Part shown: positions 9,790 to 23,516 of the stretch, in pieces
Layout of the letters: each line of letters opens with the position of its first letter
Position numbering within the stretch: position 1 is the first letter of the stretch
DNA from: Eledone cirrhosa
Lineage: Eukaryota
Assembly: GCA_964016885.1 (NCBI GenBank)
Contig: OZ024744.1
Span: forward strand, 132,370,001 to 132,434,000
DNA: 64,000 nt
Direction of reading: 5' to 3'
The notes under the pieces: model-generated
Databases searched by the model: none
The model's input: the letters and a program-made list of their open reading frames with translations, nothing else
What the model was told of the DNA's origin: nothing
Made by a program: the position numbers and the translations under genes

Positions 9790-12700
9790 TAAGTTAAGTT
9801 GGGGTTGAGTGAAGTTGGGGTTAAGTTAAGTTGGGGTTAAGTTAAGTTAGGGTTAATTTAAGTTGGGGTTATGTTAAGTTGGGGTTAAGTTAAGTTGGGG
9901 TTAAGTAGAGTTGGGGTTAAGTTAAGTTGGGGTTAAGTTAAGTTGGTGTTAAGTTGGGGTTAAGTTAAGTTGGGGTTAAGTTAAGTCGGAGTTAAGTTAA
10001 GTTGGGGTTGAGTTAAGTTGGGGTTAATTTAAGTTGAGGTTATGTTAAGTTGGGGTTAATTTAAGTTGGGGTTAATTTAAGTTGGGGTTAAGTTAAGTTG
10101 GGGTTAAGTTGAGGTTAAGTTAAGTTGTGGTTAAGTTAAGTTGGGGCTAAGTTAAGTTGGGGCTAAGTTAAGTTGGGGCTAAGTTAAGTTGGGGTTAAGT
10201 TAAGTTGGGGTTAAGTTAAGTTGGGTTTAATTTAAGTTGGGGTCAACTTAAGTTGGGGTTAAGTTGAGTTGGGGTTAAATTAAGTTGGGGTTAATTTAAG
10301 TTGGGGCTAAGTTAAGTTGGGGCTGAGTAAAGTTGGGGTTAAGTTAAGTTGGGGTTAAGTTAAGTTGGGGTTAAGTTAATTTTGGGTTAAGTTAAGTTGT
10401 GTTTCAGTTAAGTTGGGGTTAAGTTAAGTTTGGGTTAATTTGGGGTTAAATTAAGTTGGGGTTAAGTTAAGTTGGGGTTAAGTTAAGTTGGGGTTAAGTT
10501 AAGTTGGGGTTAATTTAAGTTGGGGTTAAGTTAAGTCGGGGTTAAGTTAAGTCGGTGTTAAGTTAAGTTAGGGTTAAGTTAAGTTGGGGTTAAGTTAAGT
10601 TGGCTTTAAGTTAAGCTGGGGTTAAGTTAAGTTGGGGTTAAATTAAGTTGGGGTTAAGTTAAGTTGGGGTTAGGTTAAGTTTGGGTTAGGTTAAGTTGGG
10701 GTTAAATTAAGTTGGGGTTAAGTTAAGTTGGGGTTAAGTTAAGTTGGGGTTAGGTTAAGTTGGGGATAAGTTAAGTTGGGGATAATTTAAGTTGGGGTTA
10801 AGTTAAGTTGGGTTTAAGTTAAGCTGGGGTTAAGTTAAGTTGGGGTTAAATTAAGTTGGGGTTAAGTTAAGTTGGGGTTAAGTTAAATTTGGGTTAGGTT
10901 AAGTTGGGGATTAGTTAAGTTGGGGATAAGTTAAGTTGGGGTTAAGTTAAGTTGGGTTTAAGTTAAGTTGTGGTTAAGTTAAGTTGGGGTTAAGTTAAGT
11001 TGGGGGTTAAGTTAAGTTGGGGTTAGGTTAAGTTGGGGATAAGTTAAGTTGGGGATAATTTAAGTTGGGGTTAAGTTAAGTTGGGTTTAAGTTAAGCTGG
11101 GGTTAAGTTAAGTTGGGGTTAAATTAAGTTGGGTTTAAGTTAAGTTGGGGTTAAGTTAAGTCGGGGTTAAGTTAAGTTGGGGTTGAGTTAAGTTGGGGTT
11201 ATTTTAAGTTGAGGTTATGTTAAGTTGGGGTTAATTTAAGTTGGGGTTAAGTTAAGTTGGGGTTAATTTAAGTTGGGGTTAAGTTCAGTTGGGGTTAATT
11301 TAAGTTGGGGTTAAGTTAAGTTGGGTTTAAGTTAAGTTGGGGTTAAGTTAAGTTGGGGTTAAGTTAAGTTGGGTTTAAGTTAAGTTGGGGCTAAGTTAAG
11401 TTGGGTCTAATTTGAGTTGGGGTTAAGTTAAGTTGGGGTTAAGTTAAGTTGAGGTTAAATTAAGTTGGGGTTAATTAAGTTGGGGTTAAGTTAAGTTGGG
11501 GTTAAGTTAAGTTGAGGTTAAGTTAACTTGGGGTTAAGTTAAGTTGGGGTTAAGTTAAGTTGGGGTTGAGTTAAGTTGGGGTTGAGTTAAGTTGGGGTTA
11601 AGTTAAGTTGGGGTTAAGTTAAGTTGGGGTTAAGTTAAGTTGGGGTTAATTTAAGTTCGGGTTAAGTTAAGTTCGGGGTAAGCTAAGTTGGGGTTAAGTT
11701 AAATCGGGTCTAAGTTAAGTGGGAGGTTAAGTTAAGTTGGGGTTGAGTTAAGTTGTGGTTAAGTTAACTTGGGGTTAAGTTAAGTTAAGTTTGAGTTAAG
11801 TTGGGGTTAAGTTGGGGTTAAGTTAAGTTGGGGTTAAGTTACGTTGGGGTTAAGTTAAGTTGGGGTTAAGTTGAGGTTAAGTTAAGTTGTGGTTAAGTTA
11901 AGTTGGGGCTAAGTTAAGTTGGGGCTAAGTTAAGTTGGGGTTAAGTTAAGTTGGGGTTAATTTAAGTTGGGGTTAGGTTAAGTTGGGGATAAGTTAAGTT
12001 GGGGATAAGTTAAGTTGGCGTTAAGTTAAGTTGGGTTTACGGTAAGCTGGGGTTAAGTTAAGTTGGGGTTAAATTAAGTTGGGGTTAAGTTAAGTTTGGG
12101 TTAGGTTAAGTTGGGGATAAGTTAAGTTGGGGATAAGTTAAGTTGGGGTTAAGTTAAGTTGGGTTTAAGTTAAGTTGGGGTTAAGTTAAGTTGGGGTTAA
12201 GTTAAGTTGGGGTTAGGTTAAGTTGGGGTTAACCCCAACTTAACTTAACCCCAACTTAACTTAACCCCAACTTAACTTAACCCTAACTTAACTTAACCCC
12301 GACTTAACGTAAGCCCGACTTAACTTAACCCCATCTTAACTTACCCCCAAACTTAACTTAACCCCAAAGTCGGAGTTAAGTTGGGGTTAAGTTAAGTTGG
12401 GGTTAAGTTAAGTGGTGGTTATGTTAAGTTGGGGTTAAGTTAAGTTGGGGTTAAATTAAGTTGGGGTTAAGTTAAGTTGGGTGTAAGTTAAGTTGGGGTT
12501 GAGTGAAGTTGGGGTTAAGTTAAGTTGGGGTTAAGTAGAGTTGGGGTTAAGTTAAGTTGGGGTTAAGTTAAGTTGGTGTTAAGTTGGGGTTAAGTTAAGT
12601 TGGGGTTAAGTTAAGTTGGGGTTGAGTGAAGTTGGGGTTAAGTTAAGTTGGGGTTAAATTAATTTGGGGTTAACTTAAGTTGGGTTTAAGTTAAGTTGCG

Positions 12701-15700
12701 GTTAAGTTAAGTTGGGGTTAAGTTAAGTTGGGGTTAAGTTAAGTCGGGGTTAAGTTAAGTTGGGGTTGAGTTAAGTTGGGGTTATTTTAAGTTGAGGTTA
12801 TGTTAAGTTGGGGTTAATTTAAGTTGGGGTTAAGTTAAGTTGGGGTTAATTTAAGTTGGGGTTAAGTTCAGTTGGGGTTAATTTAAGTTGGGGTTAAGTT
12901 AAGTTGGGTTTAAGTTAAGTTGGGGTTAAGTTAAGTTGGGGTTAAGTTAAGTTGGGTTTAAGTTAAGTTGGGGCTAAGTTAAGTTGGGTCTAATTTGAGT
13001 TGGGGTTAAGTTAAGTTGGGGTTAAGTTAAGTTGAGGTTAAATTAAGTTGGGGTTAATTAAGTTGGGGTTAAGTTAAGTTGGGGTTAAGTTAAGTTGAGG
13101 TTAAGTTAACTTGGGGTTAAGTTAAGTTGGGGTTAAGTTAAGTTGGGGTTGAGTTAAGTTGGGGTTGAGTTAAGTTGGGGTTAAGTTAAGTTGGGGTTAG
13201 GTTAAGTTGGGGATAAGTTAAGTTGGGGATAAGTTAAGTTGGGGTTAAGTTAAGTTGGGTTTAAGTTAAGTTGGGGTTAAGTTAAGTTGGGGTTAAGTTA
13301 AGTTGGGGTTAAGTTAAGTTGCGGTTAGTTAAGTTGAGTTTAAGTTAAGTTGGGGTTAATTTAAGTTGGGGTTAAGTTAAGTTGGGGTTCAGTTAAGTTG
13401 GGGTTAAGTCAAGTTGGGGTTAAGTTAAGTTGGGGTTAAGTTAAGTTGGGGTTAGGTTAAGTTGGGGATAATTTAAGTTGGGGATAAGCTAAGTTGGGGT
13501 TAAGTTAAGTTGGGTTTAAGTTAAGTTGGGGTTAAGTTAAGTTGGGGTTAAATTAAGTTGGGGTTAAGTTAAGCTGGGGTTAAATTAAGTTGGGGTTATG
13601 TTAAGTTGGGGTTAAGTTAAGTTGGGGTTAGTTTAAGTGGGGTTAACCCCAACTTAACTTAACCCCAACTTAACTTAACCCCAACTTCACTCAACCCCAA
13701 CTTAAATTAACCCCAACTTCACTCAACCCCAACTTAACTCAACCCCAACTTAAATTAACCCCAACTTAACTTAACCCTGACTTAACTTAACCCCGACTTA
13801 ACTTAACCCCGACTTAACTTAACCCCAACTTAACTTAAACCCCAACTTAACTTAACCCCAACTTAACTTAACCCCAACTTGACTTAACCCCAACTTAACT
13901 CACACCCAACTTAACTTACCCCCAACTTAACTTAACCACAACTTGACGTAAACCCAACTTAACTTAACCCCAACTTAACTTAACCCCAAAGTCGGAGTTC
14001 AGTTAAGTTGGGGTTCAGTTGAGTTAGGCTTAACTTAAGTTGGGGTTAAGTTAAGTTGGGGGTAAGTTAAGTTGGGGGTAAGTTAAGTTGGGGTTAAGTT
14101 AAGTTGGGGTTAAGTTGGGGTTAAGTTAAGTTAGGGTTAAGTTAAGTTGGGGTTGAGTTAAGTTGGGGTTAAGTTAAGTGGTGTTTATGTTAAGTTGGGG
14201 TTAAGTTAAGTTGGGGTTAAATTAAGTGGGGTTAACTTAAGTTGGGTGTAAGTTAAGGTGGGGTTGAGTGAAGTTGGGGTTAAGTTAAGTTGGGGTTAAG
14301 TTAAGTTAGGGTTAATTTAAGTTGGGGTTATGTTAAGTTGGTGTTAAGTTAAGTTGGGGTTAAGTCGAGTTGGGGTTAAGTTAAGTTGGGGTTAAGTTAA
14401 ATTGGTGTTAAGTTAAGTTGGGGTTAAGTTAAGTTGGGGTTAGTTAAGTTGAGTTTAAGTTAAGTTGGGGTTAATTTAAGTTGGGGTTAAGTTAAGTTGG
14501 GGTTCAGTTAAGTTGGGGTTAAGTTAAGTTGGGGTTGAGTTAAGTTGTGGTTAAGTTAAGTTGGGGTTAGGTTAAGTTGGGGTTAAGTTAAGCTGGGGTT
14601 AAATTAAGTTGGGGTTAAGTTAAGTTGGGGTTAGGTTAAGTTGGGGTTAACCCCAACTTAACTTAACCCCAACTTAACTTAACCCCAACTTCACTCAACC
14701 CCAACTTAACTTAACCCCAACTTCACTCAACCCCAACTTAACTCAACCCCAACTTAACTTAACCCCAACTTAACTTAACCCTAACTTAACTTAACCCCGA
14801 CTTAAACTTAACCCCGACTTAACTTAACCCCAACTTAACTTACCCCCAACTTAACTTAACCCCAAAGTCGGAGTTAAGTTAAGTTGGGGTTAAGTTAAGT
14901 TAGGCTTAACTTAAGTTGGGGTTAAGTTAAGTTGGGGGTAAGTTAAGTTGGGGGTAAGTTAAGTTGGGGTTAAGTTAAGTTGGGGTTAAGATAAGTGGTG
15001 GTTATGTTAAGTTGAGGTTAAGTTAAGTTAGGGTTAAATTAAGTTGGGGTTAAGTTAAGTTGGGTGTAAGTTAAGTTGGGGTTGAGTGAAGTTGGGGTTA
15101 AGTTAAGTTGGGGTTAAGTAGAGTTGGGGTTAAGTAAAGTTGGGGTTAAGTTAAGTTGGTGTTAAGTTGGGGTTAAGTTGGGGTTAAGTTAAGTGGTGGT
15201 TATGTTAAGTTGGGGTTAAATTAAGTTGGGGTTAATTTAAATTGGGGTTAAGTTAACTTTGTGGTTAAGTTAAGTTGGGGTTAAGTTAAGTTGGGGTTAA
15301 ATTAAGTTGGGGTTGAGTGAAGTTGGGGTTAAGTTAAGTTGGGGTTAAGTTAAGTTAGGGTTAATTTAAGTTGGGGTTATGTTAAGTTGGGGTTAAGTTA
15401 AGTTGGGGTTAAGTAGAGTTGGGGTTAAGTTAAGTTGGGGTTAAGTTAAGTTGGTGTTAAGTTGGGGTTAAGTTAAGTTGGGGTTAAGTTAAGTCGGAGT
15501 TAAGTTAAGTTGGGGTTGAGTTAAGTTGGGGTTAATTTAAGTTGAGGTTATGTTAAGTTGGGGTTAATTTAAGTTGGGGTTAATTTAAGTTGGGGTTAAG
15601 TTAAGTTGGGGTTAAGTTGAGGTTAAGTTAAGTTGTGGTTAAGTTAAGTTGGGGCTAATTTAAGTTGGGGCTAAGTTAAGTTGGGGCTAAGTTAAGTTGG

Positions 15701-18700
15701 GGTTAAGTTAAGTTGGGGTTAAGTTAAGTTGGGTTTAATTTAAGTTGGGGTCAACTTAAGTTGGGGTTAAGTTGAGTTGGGGTTAAATTAAGTTGGGGTT
15801 AATTTAAGTTGGGGCTAAGTTAAGTTGGGGCTGAGTTAAGTTGGGGTTAAGTTAAGTTGGGGTTAAGTTAAGTTGGGGTTAAGTTAATTTTGGGTTAAGT
15901 TAAGTTGTGTTTCAGTTAAGTTGGGGTTAAGTTAAGTTTGGGTTAATTTGGGGTTAAATTAAGTTGGGGTTAAGTTAAGTTGGGGTTAAGTTAAGTTGGG
16001 GTTAAGTTAAGTTGGGGTTAATTTAAGTTGGGGTTAAGTTAAGTCGGGGTTAAGTTAAGTCGGTGTTAAGTTAAGTTAGGGTTAAGTTAAGTTGGGGTTA
16101 AGTTAAGTTGGCTTTAAGTTAAGCTGGGGTTAAGTTAAGTTGGGGTTAAATTAAGTTGGGGTTAAGTTAAGTTGGGGTTAGGTTAAGTTTGGGTTAGGTT
16201 AAGTTGGGGTTAAATTAAGTTGGGGTTAAGTTAAGTTGGGGTTAAGTTAAGTTGGGGTTAGGTTAAGTTGGGGATAAGTTAAGTTGGGGATAATTTAAGT
16301 TGGGGTTAAGTTAAGTTGGGTTTAAGTTAAGCTGGGGTTAAGTTAAGTTGGGGTTAAATTAAGTTGGGGTTAAGTTAAGTTGGGGTTAAGTTAAATTTGG
16401 GTTAGGTTAAGTTGGGGATTAGTTAAGTTGGGGATAAGTTAAGTTGGGGTTAAGTTAAGTTGGGTTTAAGTTAAGTTGTGGTTAAGTTAAGTTGGGGTTA
16501 AGTTAAGTTGGGGGTTAAGTTAAGTTGGGGTTAGGTTAAGTTGGGGATAAGTTAAGTTGGGGATAATTTAAGTTGGGGTTAAGTTAAGTTGGGTTTAAGT
16601 TAAGCTGGGGTTAAGTTAAGTTGGGGTTAAATTAAGTTGGGTTTAAGTTAAGTTGGGGTTAAGTTAAGTCGGGGTTAAGTTAAGTTGGGGTTGAGTTAAG
16701 TTGGGGTTATTTTAAGTTGAGGTTATGTTAAGTTGGGGTTAATTTAAGTTGGGGTTAAGTTAAGTTGGGGTTAATTTAAGTTGGGGTTAAGTTCAGTTGG
16801 GGTTAATTTAAGTTGGGGTTAAGTTAAGTTGGGTTTAAGTTAAGTTGGGGTTAAGTTAAGTTGGGGTTAAGTTAAGTTGGGTTTAAGTTAAGTTGGGGCT
16901 AAGTTAAGTTGGGTCTAATTTGAGTTGGGGTTAAGTTAAGTTGGGGTTAAGTTAAGTTGAGGTTAAATTAAGTTGGGGTTAATTAAGTTGGGGTTAAGTT
17001 AAGTTGGGGTTAAGTTAAGTTGAGGTTAAGTTAACTTGGGGTTAAGTTAAGTTGGGGTTAAGTTAAGTTGGGGTTGAGTTAAGTTGGGGTTGAGTTAAGT
17101 TGGGGTTAAGTTAAGTTGGGGTTAAGTTAAGTTGGGGTTAAGTTAAGTTGGGGTTAATTTAAGTTCGGGTTAAGTTAAGTTCGGGGTAAGCTAAGTTGGG
17201 GTTAAGTTAAATCGGGTCTAAGTTAAGTGGGAGGTTAAGTTAAGTTGGGGTTGAGTTAAGTTGTGGTTAAGTTAACTTGAGGTTAAGTTAAGTTAAGTTT
17301 GAGTTAAGTTGGGGTTAAGTTGGGGTTAAGTTAAGTTGGGGTTAAGTTACGTTGGGGTTAAGTTAAGTTGGGGTTAAGTTGAGGTTAAGTTAAGTTGTGG
17401 TTAAGTTAAGTTGGGGCTAAGTTAAGTTGGGGCTAAGTTAAGTTGGGGTTAAGTTAAGTTGGGGTTAATTTAAGTTGGGGTTAGGTTAAGTTGGGGATAA
17501 GTTAAGTTGGGGATAAGTTAAGTTGGGGTTAAGTTAAGTTGGGTTTACGTTAAGCTGGGGTTAAGTTAAGTTGGGGTTAAATTAAGTTGGGGTTAAGTTA
17601 AGTTTGGGTTAGGTTAAGTTGGGGATAAGTTAAGTTGGGGATAAGTTAAGTTGGGGTTAAGTTAAGTTGGGTTTAAGTTAAGTTGGGGTTAAGTTAAGTT
17701 GGGGTTAAGTTAAGTTGGGGTTAGGTTAAGTTGGGGTTAACCCCAACTTAACTTAACCCCAACTTAACTTAACCCCAACTTAACTTAACCCTAACTTAAC
17801 TTAACCCCGACTTAACGTAAGCCCGACTTAACTTAACCCCATCTTAACTTACCCCCAAACTTAACTTAACCCCAAAGTCGGAGTTAAGTTGGGGTTAAGT
17901 TAAGTTGGGGTTAAGTTAAGTGGTGGTTATGTTAAGTTGGGGTTAAGTTAAGTTGGGGTTAAATTAAGTTGGGGTTAAGTTAAGTTGGGTGTAAGTTAAG
18001 TTGGGGTTGAGTGAAGTTGGGGTTAAGTTAAGTTGGGGTTAAGTAGAGTTGGGGTTAAGTTAAGTTGGGGTTAAGTTAAGTTGGTGTTAAGTTGGGGTTA
18101 AGTTAAGTTGGGGTTAAGTTAAGTTGGGGTTGAGTGAAGTTGGGGTTAAGTTAAGTTGGGGTTAAATTAATTTGGGGTTAACTTAAGTTGGGTTTAAGTT
18201 AAGTTGCGGTTAAGTTAAGTTGGGGTTAAGTTAAGTTGGGGTTAAGTTAAGTCGGGGTTAAGTTAAGTTGGGGTTGAGTTAAGTTGGGGTTATTTTAAGT
18301 TGAGGTTATGTTAAGTTGGGGTTAATTTAAGTTGGGGTTAAGTTAAGTTGGGGTTAATTTAAGTTGGGGTTAAGTTCAGTTGGGGTTAATTTAAGTTGGG
18401 GTTAAGTTAAGTTGGGTTTAAGTTAAGTTGGGGTTAAGTTAAGTTGGGGTTAAGTTAAGTTGGGTTTAAGTTAAGTTGGGGCTAAGTTAAGTTGGGTCTA
18501 ATTTGAGTTGGGGTTAAGTTAAGTTGGGGTTAAGTTAAGTTGAGGTTAAATTAAGTTGGGGTTAATTAAGTTGGGGTTAAGTTAAGTTGGGGTTAAGTTA
18601 AGTTGAGGTTAAGTTAACTTGGGGTTAAGTTAAGTTGGGGTTAAGTTAAGTTGGGGTTGAGTTAAGTTGGGGTTGAGTTAAGTTGGGGTTAAGTTAAGTT

Positions 18701-20900
18701 GGGGTTAGGTTAAGTTGGGGATAAGTTAAGTTGGGGATAAGTTAAGTTGGGGTTAAGTTAAGTTGGGTTTAAGTTAAGTTGGGGTTAAGTTAAGTTGGGG
18801 TTAAGTTAAGTTGGGGTTAAGTTAAGTTGCGGTTAGTTAAGTTGAGTTTAAGTTAAGTTGGGGTTAATTTAAGTTGGGGTTAAGTTAAGTTGGGGTTCAG
18901 TTAAGTTGGGGTTAAGTCAAGTTGGGGTTAAGTTAAGTTGGGGTTAAGTTAAGTTGGGGTTAGGTTAAGTTGGGGATAATTTAAGTTGGGGATAAGCTAA
19001 GTTGGGGTTAAGTTAAGTTGGGTTTAAGTTAAGTTGGGGTTAAGTTAAGTTGGGGTTAAATTAAGTTGGGGTTAAGTTAAGCTGGGGTTAAATTAAGTTG
19101 GGGTTATGTTAAGTTGGGGTTAAGTTAAGTTGGGGTTAGTTTAAGTGGGGTTAACCCCAACTTAACTTAACCCCAACTTAACTTAACCCCAACTTCACTC
19201 AACCCCAACTTAAATTAACCCCAACTTCACTCAACCCCAACTTAACTCAACCCCAACTTAAATTAACCCCAACTTAACTTAACCCTGACTTAACTTAACC
19301 CCGACTTAACTTAACCCCGACTTAACTTAACCCCAACTTAACTTAAACCCCAACTTAACTTAACCCCAACTTAACTTAACCCCAACTTGACTTAACCCCA
19401 ACTTAACTCACACCCAACTTAACTTACCCCCAACTTAACTTAACCACAACTTGACGTAAACCCAACTTAACTTAACCCCAACTTAACTTAACCCCAAAGT
19501 CGGAGTTCAGTTAAGTTGGGGTTCAGTTGAGTTAGGCTTAACTTAAGTTGGGGTTAAGTTAAGTTGGGGGTAAGTTAAGTTGGGGGTAAGTTAAGTTGGG
19601 GTTAAGTTAAGTTGGGGTTAAGTTGGGGTTAAGTTAAGTTAGGGTTAAGTTAAGTTGGGGTTGAGTTAAGTTGGGGTTAAGTTAAGTGGTGTTTATGTTA
19701 AGTTGGGGTTAAGTTAAGTTGGGGTTAAATTAAGTGGGGTTAACTTAAGTTGGGTGTAAGTTAAGGTGGGGTTGAGTGAAGTTGGGGTTAAGTTAAGTTG
19801 GGGTTAAGTTAAGTTAGGGTTAATTTAAGTTGGGGTTATGTTAAGTTGGTGTTAAGTTAAGTTGGGGTTAAGTCGAGTTGGGGTTAAGTTAAGTTGGGGT
19901 TAAGTTAAATTGGTGTTAAGTTAAGTTGGGGTTAAGTTAAGTTGGGGTTAGTTAAGTTGAGTTTAAGTTAAGTTGGGGTTAATTTAAGTTGGGGTTAAGT
20001 TAAGTTGGGGTTCAGTTAAGTTGGGGTTAAGTTAAGTTGGGGTTGAGTTAAGTTGTGGTTAAGTTAAGTTGGGGTTAGGTTAAGTTGGGGTTAAGTTAAG
20101 CTGGGGTTAAATTAAGTTGGGGTTAAGTTAAGTTGGGGTTAGGTTAAGTTGGGGTTAACCCCAACTTAACTTAACCCCAACTTAACTTAACCCCAACTTC
20201 ACTCAACCCCAACTTAACTTAACCCCAACTTCACTCAACCCCAACTTAACTCAACCCCAACTTAACTTAACCCCAACTTAACTTAACCCTAACTTAACTT
20301 AACCCCGACTTAAACTTAACCCCGACTTAACTTAACCCCAACTTAACTTAACCCCAACTTAACTTAACCCCAACTTAACTTAATCCCAACTTGACTTAAC
20401 CCCAACTTAACTCACACCCAACTTAACTTACCCCCAACTTAACTTAACCCCAAAGTCGGAGTTAAGTTAAGTTGGGGTTAAGTTAAGTTAGGCTTAACTT
20501 AAGTTGGGGTTAAGTTAAGTTGGGGGTAAGTTAAGTTGGGGGTAAGTTAAGTTGGGGTTAAGTTAAGTTGGGGTTAAGATAAGTGGTGGTTATGTTAAGT
20601 TGAGGTTAAGTTAAGTTAGGGTTAAATTAAGTTGGGGTTAAGTTAAGTTGGGTGTAAGTTAAGTTGGGGTTGAGTGAAGTTGGGGTTAAGTTAAGTTGGG
20701 GTTAAGTAGAGTTGGGGTTAAGTAAAGTTGGGGTTAAGTTAAGTTGGTGTTAAGTTGGGGTTAAGTTGGGGTTAAGTTAAGTGGTGGTTATGTTAAGTTG
20801 GGGTTAAATTAAGTTGGGGTTAATTTAAATTGGGGTTAAGTTAACTTTGTGGTTAAGTTAAGTTGGGGTTAAGTTAAGTTGGGGTTAAATTAAGTTGGGG
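9790..20900 (+). repeat. ~5.5-kb higher-order repeat of satellite B, two copies
   Basis: Island starts 12231/17739, 13645/19153 and 14649/20157, and the variant GAGTGAAG at 9807/15315, are all offset by 5,508. Rare variants such as AAATCGGGTCTAAG, GTGGGAGG and CGTAAGCCCGAC are shared. End points are approximate. Confidence 0.9.
12231..12367 (-). repeat. Inverted island of satellite B (~137-bp class)
   Basis: Marker GACTTAACGTAAGCCCGAC. Same class at 17739-17875, 47899-48035, 53097-53233 and 58685-58821. Confidence 0.92.
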
Positions 20901-23252
20901 TTGAGTGAAGTTGGGGTTAAGTTAAGTTGGGGTTAACTTAAGTTGGGTTTAAGTTAAGTTGCGGTTAAGTTAAGTTGGGGTTAAGTTAAGTTGGGGTTAA
21001 GTTAAGTCGGGGTTAATTTAAGTTGGGGTTGAGTTAAGTTGAGGTTAATTTAAGTTGAGGTTATGTTAAGTTGGGGTTAATTTAAGTTGGGGTTAAGTTA
21101 AATTGGGGTTAAGTTAAGTTGGGGTTAATTTAAGTTGGGATTAAGTTCAGTTGGGGTTAAATTAAGTTGGGGTTAAGTTAAGCTGGGGTTAAATTAAGTT
21201 GGGGTTAAGTTAAGTTGGGGTTAAGTTAAGTTGGGGTTAAGTTAAGCTAGGGTTAATTTAAGTTGGGGTTATGTTAAGTTGGGGTTAAGTTAAGTTGGGG
21301 TTAAGTCGAGTTGGGGTTAAGTTAAGTTGGGGTTAGTTAAGTTGAGTTTAAGTTAAGTTGGGGTTAATTTAAGTTGGGGTTAAGTTAAGTTGGGGTTCAG
21401 TTAAGTTGGGGTTAAGTTAAGTTGGGGTTAAGTTAAGTTGGTTTAAGTTAAGTTGGGGTTAGGTTAAGTTGGGGATAAGTTAAGTTGGGGATAAGCTAAG
21501 TTGGGGTTAAGTTAAGTTGGGTTTAAGTTAAGTTGGGGTTAAGTTAAGTTAGGCTTAACTTAAGTTGGGGTTAAGTTAAGTTGGGGGTAAATTAAGTTGG
21601 GGGTAAGTTAAGTTGGGGTTAAGTTAAGTTGGGGTTAAGTTAAGTGGTGGTTATGTTAAGTTGGGGTTAAGTTAAGTTGGGGTTAAATTAAGTTGGGGTT
21701 AAGTTATGTTGGGTGTAAGTTAAGTTGGGGTTGAGTGAAGTTGGGGTTAAGTTAAGTTGGGGTTAAGTTAAGTTAGGGTTAATTTAAGTTGGGGTTATGT
21801 TAAGTTGGGGTTAAGTTAAGTTGGGGTTAAGTAGAGTTGGGGTTAAGTTAAGTTGGGGTTAAGTTAAGTTGGTGTTAAGTTGGGGTTAAGTTAAGTTGGG
21901 GTTAAGTTAAGTCGGGGTTAAGTTAAGTTGGGGTTGAGTTAAGTTGGGGTTAATTTAAGTTGAGGTTATGTTAAGTTGGGGTTAATTTAAGTTGGGGTTA
22001 ATTTAAGTTGGGGTTAAGTTAAGTTGGGGTTAAGTTGAGGTTAAGTTAAGTTGTGGTTAAGTTAAGTTGGGGCTAATTTAAGTTGGGGCTAAGTTAAGTT
22101 GGGGCTAAGTTAAGTTGGGGTTAATTTAAGTTGGGGTTAAGTTAAGTTGGGTTTAATTTAAGTTGGGGTCAACTTAAGTTGGGGTTAATTTGAGTTGGGG
22201 TTAAATTAAGTTGGGGTTAATTTAAGTTGGGGCTAAGTTAAGTTGGGGCTGAGTTAAGTTGGGGTTAAGTTAAGTTGGGGTTAAGTTAAGTTGGGGTTAA
22301 GTTAATTTTGGGTTAAGTTAAGTTGTGGTTCAGTTAAGTTGGGGTTAAGTTAAGTTTGGGTTAATTTGGGGTTAAATTAAGTTGGGGTTAAGTTAAGTTG
22401 GGGTTAAGTTAAGTTGGGGTTAAGTTAAGTTGGGGTTAATTTAAGTTGGGGTTAAGTTAAGTCGGGGTTAAGTTAAGTCGGTGTTAAGTTAAGTTAGGGT
22501 TAAGTTAAGTTGGGGTTAAGTTAAGTTGGCTTTAAGTTAAGCTGGGGTTAAGTTAAGTTGGGGTTAAATTAAGTTTTGGTTAAGTTAAGTTGGGGTTAGG
22601 TTAAGTTTGGGTTAGGTTATATGGGGTTAAATTAAGTTGGGGTTAAGTTAAGTTGGGGTTAAGTTAAGTTGGGGTTAGGTTAAGTTGGGGATAAGTTAAG
22701 TTGGGGATAATTTAAGTTGGGGTTAAGTTAAGTTGGGTTTAAGTTAAGCTGGGGTTAAGTTAAGTTGGGGTTAAATTAAGTTGGGGTTAAGTTAAGTTGG
22801 GGTTAAGTTAAGTTTGGGTTAGGTTAAGTTGGGGATTAGTTAAGTTGGGGATAAGTTAAGTTGGGGTTAAGTTAAGTTGGGTTTAAGTTAAGTTGTGGTT
22901 AAGTTAAGTTGGGGTTAAGTTAAGTTGGGGGTTAAGTTAAGTTGGGGTTAGTTAAGTTTAGTTTAAGTTAAGTTGGGGTTAATTTAAGTTGGGGTTAAGT
23001 TAAGTTGGGGTTCAGTTAAGTTGGGGATAAGTCAAGTTGGGGTTAAGTTAAGTTGGGGTTAAGTTAAGTTGGGGTTAGGTTAAGTTGGGGATAAGTTAAG
23101 TTGGGGATAAGCTAAGTTGGGGTTAAGTTAAGTTGGGTTTAAGTTAAGTTGGGGTTAAGTTAAGTTGGGGTTAAATTAAGTTGGAGATAAGTTAAGCTGG
23201 GGTTAAATTAAGTTGGGGTTAAGTTAAGTTGGGGTTAGGTTAAGTTGGGGTT

Positions 23253-23516
23253 AACCCCAACTTAACTTAACCCCAACTTAACTTAGCCCCAACTTCACTC
23301 AACCCCAACTTAACTTAACCCCAACTTAAGTTAACCCCAACTTAACTTAACCCTAACTTAACTTAACCCCGACTTAACTTAACCCCGACTTAACTTAACC
23401 CCAACTTAACTTAACCCCAACTTAACTTAACCCCAACTTAACTTAATCCCAACTTGACTTAACCCCAACTTAACTCACACCCAACTTAACTTACTCCCAA
23501 ATTAACTTAACCCCAA
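23253..23516 (-). repeat. Diverged inverted island of satellite B
   Basis: Entry GGGGTTAACCCC; mutated exit CCCCAAAATCGGAGTTAC; several private substitutions. Confidence 0.9.
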
